From positions 4,592-68,591 of IMG/VR virus record IMGVR_UViG_3300027969_000086: a DNA stretch of 64,000 nt. One strand, written 5' to 3'. Source of the stretch: a virus. The position numbers and the translations under genes were made by a program. Of the stretch, positions 46,366 through 55,116 are shown one piece after another (positions within the stretch are counted from its first letter, which is position 1; every line of letters starts with the position of its first letter). The notes beneath the pieces were generated by a model that was not told the DNA's origin, searched no databases, and saw nothing but the letters and a program-made list of their open reading frames with translations.

Positions 46366-48267
46366 ATGGATGCAACAAACAATATTGCCACTGATTTATT
46401 TTATAAAATTCGCAGCCGCTTCAAAGGCCTAAAACTAGGCAATGAATTGGGTGCTATTACCATTAACCCAGAAGAAGCACGATTCTTCGATTTTGATTAC
46501 ATGGAAGGTGAAACTGCTGTAGGACATGTTAGTATCAGTCTTGCAGAACAGAATTCTATCAAAGTTTATTTCAGTACAGGCATCACAGAAAGCATGGATC
46601 CCTTACAGAAAAACAACTGGTACGGATTCCTAAAAGAATTAAGACTATTTTCTAAAAGAAGATTGATGAGCTTTGATACTAGAGACATTGCCAAAGACAA
46701 TCTAGATCGTAGAGATTATGAGTTTTTAACTCAGCACAATCAACCAAAACAACAACCAAATACAGTGATACAACCTGTCGGAGAAAGTATTATGAGTGAA
46801 AGCCAACTATACGGTAGTAAGACAATGAGCTACCAAAAGTTAATGGATACCCGTTTGATTATCAAACACAGCCAAGCACTAGCAGACGATATGCAGCCTG
46901 GTGCTAGAAGCAGAAACATCTCAGCATTGTTTGTAGAGAACCAAGACGGTGAAAGATTTAAATATCCTTTCATCCATCTAAGTGGCGCTCGTGCAATGCA
47001 ACGACATGTGGCCAACGGCGGTGTACCTTACGACGACATAGGCAAAAGTATTATCAACATGAGCGAGCAAATTGCTCAATTAAAAAGTTTCAACAACTAT
47101 GTTGTTCGTAACGATTTAATGAACTTTGAAACTAACGATGTTGTTGAGCGTAGTCAACAACAGTTAAACATGATGCGTGAGCAACTGTCTAGGCTGGCTA
47201 AACAAAGTCACTACGAAGTCTATAAAGAAACATTCCAGCCACAAGAGGCATTAGAAGTTCCACAAGAAGTAGTCGAAGATTACACTGAAAAATTCACAGT
47301 TAAGAACTTTAAAGAAGATATCAAAAGCGTATTTCCAGTTCTGTACAGACTAATGAAGGAAAGCGAACTAGGCTATGACGACATAGTCGCAATGACAAAC
47401 ATTGAACAACCAACCACAGAAGATTTTGATCTTGAAGAAAATGATAATGAGTTTGATCGCTTTGAATCATGGGTTATGGGCCTAGGAGAAGACAGTCCTA
47501 TACAAAGTCAAGAACCAGAAGAGCAGGCAACCGCAATACAAGCACTACAAGAATTAGTAGCTCAAGCCTTCCCAATAGGTGTAGATGGATCTAACGCAAT
47601 CGAAAGCCTCAAAGGTATCATTGAAGATCCTCAATTAGAAAAACAAATCCAGACACAGGCAGAGCAAGATCCCGAGATGGATGCAAGAGGGCTAGTACAA
47701 CAATGGTTGAGCCTATATGCACCAGAAGTATTGGAGCAATTAGATTTCGGAGATTTTGATCCGAACGCAACAGCGGAACCAGAAGGTGAAGCGCCGGCGA
47801 CTGACCAAGGGGGTGATATAACAGCGCCAGAAGCACCAGCAGCAGAGGTTCCAGCAGAAGAACCAGTTCCGCAAGAATCAGCGAACGGACCAAACAAGAG
47901 TGATGTTCCTGCTTTTATGAGAAAAAGCAAAGGCGGCGATGATTGGAAGATGAGCTCAAAAGATCTAGATGATGAGAAAACAAAATCACCAACTAGTTCA
48001 GCAGGCTTAGAGCGTAAGAAGAAAGAATTAGGAATAGAGAGTCAGCAAATGAATGTTCAAGAAGTTGCAGAATTTATTCACAGCTTCTATGATCGCAATT
48101 CAGGCACATTCCCTAAAGGCCCGGAAGGCGTTTGTACTATGGTAGGCAAAAAGTTTGGCGAACAGGCAGAACAAGTTGCTCGTAAAATGGTAGAAAGAAT
48201 GGCTCCACAACAACAAGATCCACAGATTGCAGAATTGGCTCGTATTAGAGAATTAGCAGGCTATTAA
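46366..48267 (+). CDS. Hypothetical, probable head-associated protein
   Basis: ATG 5 nt after GATAAATA; acidic linker; C-terminal ELARIRELAGY; contains DVPAFMRK. Confidence 0.6.
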   Translation: MDATNNIATDLFYKIRSRFKGLKLGNELGAITINPEEARFFDFDYMEGETAVGHVSISLAEQNSIKVYFSTGITESMDPLQKNNWYGFLKELRLFSKRRLMSFDTRDIAKDNLDRRDYEFLTQHNQPKQQPNTVIQPVGESIMSESQLYGSKTMSYQKLMDTRLIIKHSQALADDMQPGARSRNISALFVENQDGERFKYPFIHLSGARAMQRHVANGGVPYDDIGKSIINMSEQIAQLKSFNNYVVRNDLMNFETNDVVERSQQQLNMMREQLSRLAKQSHYEVYKETFQPQEALEVPQEVVEDYTEKFTVKNFKEDIKSVFPVLYRLMKESELGYDDIVAMTNIEQPTTEDFDLEENDNEFDRFESWVMGLGEDSPIQSQEPEEQATAIQALQELVAQAFPIGVDGSNAIESLKGIIEDPQLEKQIQTQAEQDPEMDARGLVQQWLSLYAPEVLEQLDFGDFDPNATAEPEGEAPATDQGGDITAPEAPAAEVPAEEPVPQESANGPNKSDVPAFMRKSKGGDDWKMSSKDLDDEKTKSPTSSAGLERKKKELGIESQQMNVQEVAEFIHSFYDRNSGTFPKGPEGVCTMVGKKFGEQAEQVARKMVERMAPQQQDPQIAELARIRELAGY

Positions 48268-48307
48268 AATTTCGTTGCAGTTAGAGTCTAGTTAACTCTA
48301 TTAGATC

Positions 48308-48332
48308 GGGCAACTAGGTTGCCCTTTCTTTT
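48308..48332 (+). terminator. Rho-independent terminator
   Basis: GGGCAAC-TAG-GTTGCCC followed by TTTCTTTT. Confidence 0.7.
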
Positions 48333-48408
48333 GGCTTAATAATAATGTAATGCTATTTTGAGTAAATATATTGTAGAGAGTCTACATACATAAATTAAAG
48401 GAGCGCAC

Positions 48409-49365
48409 ATGGCGTCAGAAATAGAAAATTTACAAGCACAGATAGATGATATTAAAGCCAAACTTTGTGCAGTGGGTACAATACTCAGCGAGTATTGCAA
48501 CATTGAGCCTAAAGTAGAAATACCTGCCGGAGCATTTGTTCACATCGATGGTTCAAAAGGTAATGCCAACGACCAAACAGGTCACGGATACAACGCTGTA
48601 CAAAGTCAACACTCTGGTGCTCCGACTTATGATGCGGCTACTAAGGCTTGGAACTTCACAGGTAGCAAGACTGCTAACCAAGGTTTAAGTTTCAATCCAA
48701 ATGCGGCCGTAACTGATATTCCGGGTTTAACTCCTGCACAATTTGCAGCAACAGATCCAGGCACAAGAAGTTTAGGTGCTCAGATTGGTTCTAACAAGGC
48801 TCGTACTTTCTTGACTTGGGTCAAGTTCAATCCATTTGCCTATACCAACATCAACAGTGGTCAAAAGCGTTATCAGTATGCTGTGGCATTTGGTCGTGAT
48901 GAAGTTGGCTATCAGTTTGCTCTAGGTAGCACATATGATTGCAAGCCATTGATCTATACAGGTCGTGAAGTGGCCGCAAACAATACAAGTGCAACACAGG
49001 CTGTTCCTCCAGCAGATGCAGCACACAACAATCCACAAGTGATGACAACTGCTTATCCAAGTCAGTGGATTTTGATGACTGCAACTGTTACTCCAACAAC
49101 CCCAGGTAAAGGTACAACTAGTATCTATATTAACGATGGCGCAGTTACACAGTCATTTACACCAAACTTGGCGATTAATACTATTTCAAACTTCTTCCAG
49201 ATTGGACAGTATTGCCCAGTTCCAAACCTACAAGATCCACAGTACACACAGTACTTTATGGGATTGAATGGTTCAGTTGGTACTGTTACAGTTTACAACA
49301 GAGTGTTGACACCTGCTGAAATCAAACAGTATTATGATGCGACTAAGTCAAATTATATAAAGTAA
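48409..49365 (+). CDS. Concanavalin A/LamG-like domain protein with N-terminal coiled coil
   Basis: TFLTWVKF, W.L.TAT, IYIND, FQIG, G.VG.V.VYNRVLT.AEIKQYY; AAGGAG RBS and AGTAAATA box. Confidence 0.7.
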   Translation: MASEIENLQAQIDDIKAKLCAVGTILSEYCNIEPKVEIPAGAFVHIDGSKGNANDQTGHGYNAVQSQHSGAPTYDAATKAWNFTGSKTANQGLSFNPNAAVTDIPGLTPAQFAATDPGTRSLGAQIGSNKARTFLTWVKFNPFAYTNINSGQKRYQYAVAFGRDEVGYQFALGSTYDCKPLIYTGREVAANNTSATQAVPPADAAHNNPQVMTTAYPSQWILMTATVTPTTPGKGTTSIYINDGAVTQSFTPNLAINTISNFFQIGQYCPVPNLQDPQYTQYFMGLNGSVGTVTVYNRVLTPAEIKQYYDATKSNYIK

Positions 49366-49384
49366 TTGTCGGCAACACAAATAG

Positions 49385-49409
49385 AAGCACCTTTGGGTGC
49401 TTTTATTTT
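49385..49409 (+). terminator. Rho-independent terminator
   Basis: AAGCACC-TTTG-GGTGCTT followed by TTATTTT. Confidence 0.7.
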
Positions 49410-49499
49410 GGCTAAATTGATTGTAAACGAATGTTAAGGCTACCGCGTTATATATATGTAGGGGTAGAAATTCCTACTTAACCAAAAGGAAACTTTGAA

Positions 49500-49745
49500 A
49501 TGAAATCAGCAATCGCAATCCTCGCTACCGTGTTCGCAGTATCAGCATTTGCACAAGCACCTGCTAAGAAAGAAGAAGCCAAGCCAGCAACACCGGTTGC
49601 AACAGCACCAGCTGCAACAGCAAGTGCTCCAGCACCAGCTAAGGCAGAAGTTAAGAAAGACGAGAAAAAGCCTGCAAAAAGTGAGCCTGCTAAGAAAGAG
49701 CCAGCTAAAGCAGACGCAAAGCCCGCCGCTACGCCAGCAAAGTAA
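49500..49745 (+). CDS. Small exported Ala/Lys/Pro-rich protein
   Basis: Sec signal MKSAIAILATVFAVSAFA (A-F-A cleavage site); disordered PAKKE repeats; AAAGGA RBS. Confidence 0.7.
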   Translation: MKSAIAILATVFAVSAFAQAPAKKEEAKPATPVATAPAATASAPAPAKAEVKKDEKKPAKSEPAKKEPAKADAKPAATPAK

Positions 49746-49972
49746 GTTTGACCTAGACGATAGTGACCTCATAATAGACGATGAGGTCACATTTGGTCGT
49801 AATCGACGCAGTGAACAGTTTGGTAAGTTAGTTGAAGATGACCTATCAGACTATGTAAAGTTTAGATTATGGCTAGCTAGGCAAATGGCAATGGCCAAAT
49901 ATAAAGAAGTCCACGGTTAAGCCCTGGGCTTTTTTATTGGCAAAACAAAATCAAAAAAACAACAGAAAATCA

Positions 49973-50001
49973 TTGACCTTGCTAAATAAAAAGCGCATAA
50001 T
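49973..50001 (+). promoter_or_regulatory. Sigma70-like promoter with an embedded late-type box, upstream of gp32
   Basis: TTGACC-N17-CATAAT; GCTAAATA at 49981-49988 lies in the spacer. Confidence 0.6.
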
Positions 50002-50058
50002 AACATATGTGCATAAGGCATATAAAACATTTTAGGCATAACATAGGAGGCATTTAAA

Positions 50059-51045
50059 ATGGCAACTCTCGCAGAAATCCGTGCTAAACTTCAAGAAGCA
50101 CAATCAAAGTCCACAGGACAATCCACAGGCGGTGGAGACAACGCAATTTACCCACATTGGAATATGCAGGAAGGTAAGGAAGCAGTAATTCGCTTGCTAC
50201 CAGACGGTAATCCCAACAACACATTTTTCTGGGTAGAACGAGCAATGATCAAATTGCCGTTCGCAGGTATCAAAGGTGAAACAGACAGTCGTCCAGTTCA
50301 AGTGCAAGTTCCTTGCGTTGAAATGTACAACGACGGTACAGCTTGCCCAATCCTTTCAGAAGTTCGTGGTTGGTTCAAGGATAAAGCCCTTGAAGAAATG
50401 GGTCGTAAGTACTGGAAAAAGCGTTCATACATTTTTCAAGGCTTTGTTGTTGAAGATCCTATCCGTGAAGAAAAGACTCCGGACAATCCAATCCGTAGAT
50501 TCATCATCGGTCCTCAAATCTATCAAATCATCCGTTCAGCACTGATGGATCCAGAGTTGGAAGAATTGCCAACTGACTTCCTGCGTGGTGTTGACTTCCG
50601 TATTGCTAAGACTAGCAAGGGCGGTTTTGCTGACTACTCTACTTCAAAGTGGAGCCGTCGTGAACGAGCATTGAGCGATATTGAAAAGGCAGCTTTGGAA
50701 TCACATCAGTTACACAACTTGAGTGACTTCCTTCCTAAGAAGCCTACTGATGTTGAACTCAAGGTAATGAAAGAAATGTTTGAAGCGTCAGTTGACGGTG
50801 AAGCATATGACCTAGAGCGTTGGGGACAATATTTCAAACCAGCAGGTTTGGGTAGTGCCACTGGCGATCCTAACAAGGCCACAAGCCGTGCAGCCGCTCC
50901 TGCTCCAGTAGCAGATGAAGACGATGCTCCGTTCGATACTACTCCTGCTCCAAAAGCAGAGGCAGCTCCTACTCCGGTAGGCGATGCAGGTGGCGCAAGT
51001 CGTGCGCAAGACATTCTTGCAATGATTCGTAACCGTCAAAAGTAA
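50059..51045 (+). CDS. gp32: Single-stranded DNA-binding protein (T4 gp32-like)
   Basis: AVIRLLPD, CVEM...CP, YWKKRSY, G.DF.I.K..KGGFADY..SKW, acidic tail ending DILAMIRNRQ; AGGAGG RBS. Confidence 0.85.
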   Translation: MATLAEIRAKLQEAQSKSTGQSTGGGDNAIYPHWNMQEGKEAVIRLLPDGNPNNTFFWVERAMIKLPFAGIKGETDSRPVQVQVPCVEMYNDGTACPILSEVRGWFKDKALEEMGRKYWKKRSYIFQGFVVEDPIREEKTPDNPIRRFIIGPQIYQIIRSALMDPELEELPTDFLRGVDFRIAKTSKGGFADYSTSKWSRRERALSDIEKAALESHQLHNLSDFLPKKPTDVELKVMKEMFEASVDGEAYDLERWGQYFKPAGLGSATGDPNKATSRAAAPAPVADEDDAPFDTTPAPKAEAAPTPVGDAGGASRAQDILAMIRNRQK

Positions 51046-51059
51046 ATCGTTGTAGACAA

Positions 51060-51083
51060 GAGTACGAGCCCGCGCTCGTACTC
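51060..51083 (+). other. Perfect 10-bp hairpin after gp32 (weak terminator or mRNA processing/stabiliser)
   Basis: GAGTACGAGC-CCGC-GCTCGTACTC, with no clear U-tract. Confidence 0.55.
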
Positions 51084-51106
51084 GCCTTCATTTCAGGAGA
51101 ATAAAA

Positions 51107-51319
51107 ATGGCAAAAATATTAAAAGTAAATGAGAACTTTTCTCTAAGTTATAATAGTCGCGAAGATCAATCTGGCGACACTGTGGCGGATATTGATATTA
51201 GATTCGATAACCCTAAGGATGATTCTGTTATAATTAAAAGACTAAACACTTGGCTACAAGCAATTGGTCGAGAAGACATTGTTGTAAGCCCAAAGAAATT
51301 TCCAAAGGGTGAACTATAA
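51107..51319 (+). CDS. Hypothetical protein (70 aa)
   Basis: CAGGAG RBS; TAATG coupling to uvsX. Confidence 0.6.
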   Translation: MAKILKVNENFSLSYNSREDQSGDTVADIDIRFDNPKDDSVIIKRLNTWLQAIGREDIVVSPKKFPKGEL

Positions 51320-52398
51320 TGGCAAAAGCATTTGATATTAGTAAATTTAGAAAGTCAATTACTAAATCTATCGACGGTTTAAGTATTGGCTTTAACGATC
51401 CAACTGATTGGGTCAGCACAAACAACTATGCATTAAACTATCTTATCAGCGGATATTTTGATCGAGGTATTCCACTAGGTAAAGTTACGGTGTTCGCAGG
51501 TGAAAGTGGTGCAGGTAAATCATTTATCTGTTCAGGTAACCTTGTAGCAAACGCACAGAAAGCAGGCATCTATCCTATCTTGATTGATACAGAAAATGCG
51601 CTTGACGAAAAATGGTTACACGCACTTGGCGTTGATACAAGTCCAGACAAGTTGTTAAAACTTAACATGGCCATGATCGACGATGTGGCAAAGACTATTA
51701 CAGAGTTCATTGCAGAATATAAAACAATGGATGAAGCAGATCGTCCTAAGATCTTGTTTATCATTGATTCATTAGGTATGTTATTGACTCCTACTGATGT
51801 CAATCAATTCCAGGCAGGTGATATGAAAGGTGACATGGGCCGTAAGCCTAAGGCATTGACAGCATTGGTTCGTAATTGTGTTAATATGTTCGGCGCTTAC
51901 AACATTGGTATGGTATGTACTAATCACACATACGCTAGTCAGGATATGTTCGATCCAGATGATAAAATTTCAGGTGGCCAAGGTTTTATCTATGCAAGTT
52001 CAATCGTTGTTGCTATGCGTAAATTAAAATTGAAACTTGATGCAGACGGCAATAAGACTACAACGGTTCAAGGTATTCGTGCAGCTTGTAAGATTATGAA
52101 AACTCGTTATGCAAAACCGTTTGAAAGTGTGCAGGTTGAGATTCCTTATGAAACAGGTATGAGTCCATATAGTGGATTGGTCGACCTGTTCGAAGCCAAA
52201 GGCATGCTCAAGAAAGAAGGTAACAGCCTTGTATACACCACCAAAGACGGTGAGATCATCAAGCAGTTTCGTAAGGCTTGGGAAAAGAATGAAAAGAATG
52301 GATTAGATATTGCTATGGAAGATATTTCAAAACATGGCGAAATTTCCGTTTCAGAGATAACTACTAATGTTGAAACTGAAACGGAGATTACTGAATGA
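51319..52398 (+). CDS. uvsX: RecA-like recombinase UvsX
   Basis: GIPLGKVTVFAGESGAGKS, IDTENALD, IIDSLG, TNHTY, SGG.GFIYASS, K.MKTRY. Confidence 0.92.
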   Translation: MAKAFDISKFRKSITKSIDGLSIGFNDPTDWVSTNNYALNYLISGYFDRGIPLGKVTVFAGESGAGKSFICSGNLVANAQKAGIYPILIDTENALDEKWLHALGVDTSPDKLLKLNMAMIDDVAKTITEFIAEYKTMDEADRPKILFIIDSLGMLLTPTDVNQFQAGDMKGDMGRKPKALTALVRNCVNMFGAYNIGMVCTNHTYASQDMFDPDDKISGGQGFIYASSIVVAMRKLKLKLDADGNKTTTVQGIRAACKIMKTRYAKPFESVQVEIPYETGMSPYSGLVDLFEAKGMLKKEGNSLVYTTKDGEIIKQFRKAWEKNEKNGLDIAMEDISKHGEISVSEITTNVETETEITE

Positions 52399-52631
52399 AA
52401 GAAGATTTAATCGCAGATATTTGGACCTTGGTCATAGAACACATTCCAGAGAAGCATCGTAAAGATCTTGCTGCCGACTTTGTTAATACATTGTTAGACT
52501 ACAGCATTAAAGAAAGTGTTCTACAAAGTCTATTGGGAGTTGACGGATATCTCGACGATGCTATTAACTATGCAATCGACGGCGAAGACATTGACGACGA
52601 AGATCCAGAATATTACGAAGATGAGGAATAA
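52395..52631 (+). CDS. Hypothetical acidic protein (78 aa)
   Basis: ATGA overlap with uvsX; acidic C-terminus. Confidence 0.6.
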   Translation: MKEDLIADIWTLVIEHIPEKHRKDLAADFVNTLLDYSIKESVLQSLLGVDGYLDDAINYAIDGEDIDDEDPEYYEDEE

Positions 52632-53087
52632 ATGAATTGGTATGATCGGGTTAGTAAAGATATTTCAAACATACCTGATGCTGTGGCATATTATGAAGCT
52701 GAATTAATAGCAGCAAAACAAGATGTTCGCGTATCAGGAAGCATTGAGAAAGCCTCTGCAGCAATGCCTGGCATAGTTGAAAACCGATTTAACCAACTTC
52801 AAGAAATTGAAGGTATTTTAGAATACCTTAATATTGAACTTCGTAGACTTCGTAGTCAGCATTTTCGAAAGTATCTTGAAAACTATCAAAGGTCCTTGTC
52901 TTCTAGAGACTGTGAAAAGTTTGTAGAAGGCGAGGCCGATGTAGTTGACTTTGAAAAAATTATCAACGACTTTGCCTTACTTCGTAATAAATGGCTTGGT
53001 ATTATCAAAGCATTAGATATCAAACAATGGCAGTTAAGCAATATTGTTAAACTTCGAACTGCCGGATTAGAAGACGCCACTCTTTAA
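52632..53087 (+). CDS. uvsY: Recombination mediator UvsY
   Basis: Helical; K.LD.KQWQL.NIVKLR.AG C-terminus; adjacent to uvsX. Confidence 0.75.
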   Translation: MNWYDRVSKDISNIPDAVAYYEAELIAAKQDVRVSGSIEKASAAMPGIVENRFNQLQEIEGILEYLNIELRRLRSQHFRKYLENYQRSLSSRDCEKFVEGEADVVDFEKIINDFALLRNKWLGIIKALDIKQWQLSNIVKLRTAGLEDATL

Positions 53088-53621
53088 TCTTTCGGCAAAC
53101 TTAATTACATCAAACGGTTCTTGTGGACCTATCCATAATATTTTGAGTTTATCGTCTTGAAGTTTTTCTTCCCACCACTCTTCACTTTTGATACACACAA
53201 AGGGTTTTTTGCTTTTTCTAGCTTGTAAATCACTGTGCAATCCTACTACACAAAGAGTATTGGTCATTGACAGCATTAAATTTTTTACAACATCAATATC
53301 TTCTTCAGGAATAAACGGAAGCACGTCAAGGCATACCGTTAAATCCCATTTTCCGACCGGTAGTTCTTTATATTTTTCATAGGCCGGATCATATAAATTG
53401 TAAGAGTTAATCCCTATCAATTGGGCAAAATCTAACTCATCTCCAGAATACTGTGTTCCTTTTCCGCAACCATAGTCTAACATAGTTTTGCAATTATATT
53501 GTTTAATTATTTCTTGTAGTTGTTTAATATACTGGTAACTACCGCCCCCGTCCCAGGTTACACTCTTATTATGAAATTCTATACTTTTAGATAGTGTTTG
53601 TTTGTATTTGTTTGAAAACAT
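53067..53621 (-). CDS. Class I SAM-dependent methyltransferase
   Basis: MLDYGCGKG, YDP, DL.VC.DVL..IPE.D, ..EEWW.EK. Confidence 0.75.
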   Translation of the reverse strand: MFSNKYKQTLSKSIEFHNKSVTWDGGGSYQYIKQLQEIIKQYNCKTMLDYGCGKGTQYSGDELDFAQLIGINSYNLYDPAYEKYKELPVGKWDLTVCLDVLPFIPEEDIDVVKNLMLSMTNTLCVVGLHSDLQARKSKKPFVCIKSEEWWEEKLQDDKLKILWIGPQEPFDVIKFAERLKSGVF

Positions 53622-53671
53622 AAAATATCCTTTTTAATATTTACCAGTAATAGTAGCAGATAAATATCTGC

Positions 53672-54442
53672 ATGAAAAAGATTGTTTTAATCACTGGGGG
53701 CTTTGACCCTCTACATTCTGGGCACATTGCCTATATCAACGCAGCTAGAGAACTTGGCGATTCCTTAATCGTCGGGGTCAATTCTGATCAATGGTTACGC
53801 CGAAAGAAAGGGCAAGAATTTATGCCCTGGGAAGAACGAGCAACTATCATTGCAGCACTACATAATGTCGACAGAGTTATCAACTTTGATGACAGCGATA
53901 ACAGCGCCAAAGATGCTATTAGAAAAGTTAGAGCAATATATCCAACTGCTCAAATAATCTTTGCCAACGGCGGCGACCGAACCAAAGAAAATATTCCGGA
54001 AATGGATCTACTTGAAGAAATGCTTCACTTAGATTTTGTATTTGCTGTAGGCGGCGAAGACAAAAAGAATTCCAGCAGCTGGATTCTCCAAGAATGGAAA
54101 GCACCTAAGACTAGTCGAGCTTGGGGATATTATCGAGTGTTGCACGAAGTTGACAATCATGTCAAACTCAAAGAACTCACGGTTATTCCCAAGACTTGTC
54201 TTAGTATGCAACGTCATCAAGACCGTGCAGAACATTGGTTTGTAGCTGAAGGCACAGCCACGGTCTATAGCATAGATCACAGTTCAGACATGGATCTATT
54301 AGGTGAATATACACAACATCAACACATACATATCAATAGAACTCAATGGCATAAGTTATGTAATGAAACTGATCAACCCTTGCGAGTTATTGAAATACAG
54401 TACGGTGAAAATTGTGTCGAAGAGGATATAGAAAGAAAATGA
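53672..54442 (+). CDS. Cytidylyl/nucleotidyltransferase fused to a mannose-6-phosphate-isomerase-type cupin
   Basis: TGGFDPLHSGH (HxGH), VGVNSD, FANGGDR, KNSSS; then R.WGYY, LSMQRH..RAEHW.V, IEIQYG...EEDIER. Confidence 0.85.
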   Translation: MKKIVLITGGFDPLHSGHIAYINAARELGDSLIVGVNSDQWLRRKKGQEFMPWEERATIIAALHNVDRVINFDDSDNSAKDAIRKVRAIYPTAQIIFANGGDRTKENIPEMDLLEEMLHLDFVFAVGGEDKKNSSSWILQEWKAPKTSRAWGYYRVLHEVDNHVKLKELTVIPKTCLSMQRHQDRAEHWFVAEGTATVYSIDHSSDMDLLGEYTQHQHIHINRTQWHKLCNETDQPLRVIEIQYGENCVEEDIERK

Positions 54443-55116
54443 TTAACATTTTTATTGGTTATGACCATCGTGAGGCCATTGCATATCATGTATGTGCAAA
54501 TAGCATCATTAGACATTCGAGTAAACCAGTCTCACTAACACCACTTGCGTTACAAAACATGCAGGACTATCAAGAAACACATACTGACGGAAGTAATCAA
54601 TTTATCTACAGTAGATTTCTTGTGCCGCATCTGATGGAATATAAGGGATGGGCAATCTTCATGGATGGCGATATGTTGCTACGAGACGACATTGAAAAAT
54701 TATGGGAATTGCGGGACGACACCAAAGCAGTAATGGTGGTCAAGCATGATTACAAAACAAAAATGGCAGAAAAGTATCTAGGTGCTAAAAACGAAAACTA
54801 TCCTCGTAAGAATTGGTCAAGTGTTATTTTATGGAATTGCGGACACGCTTCGAATAAAGTAGTAACTCCTGAGTTTATCGAAACTGCTACAGGTGCGCAA
54901 CTTCATAGGTTTACTTGGCTTGCCGATGACCTAGTTGGAGAGTTGCCTAAGGTGTGGAACTGGTTGCCCGATGAGTTTGGTGCTAATCAAGATGCAAAAT
55001 TATTGCACTACACCCTAGGAACTCCAAGTTTTCATGACTTTGCTACAACTCCTATGGGAGACGAATGGCATCGTGAACGCATTTATACTGATTACTGCCT
55101 ACAAAGAAATCTATGA
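54439..55116 (+). CDS. Glycosyltransferase (GT-A, GT8-like)
   Basis: IFIGYD.RE, F.YSRFLVP, FMDGDML (DxD), YPRKNWSS, WNWL, LHYT.G.P. Confidence 0.75.
   Translation: MINIFIGYDHREAIAYHVCANSIIRHSSKPVSLTPLALQNMQDYQETHTDGSNQFIYSRFLVPHLMEYKGWAIFMDGDMLLRDDIEKLWELRDDTKAVMVVKHDYKTKMAEKYLGAKNENYPRKNWSSVILWNCGHASNKVVTPEFIETATGAQLHRFTWLADDLVGELPKVWNWLPDEFGANQDAKLLHYTLGTPSFHDFATTPMGDEWHRERIYTDYCLQRNL

Noticed and set aside
48268-48408. tRNA or other ncRNA in the intergenic gaps
   Set aside because: No cloverleaf or T-loop (GTTCRA) context was found; the gaps are explained by terminators and promoters.
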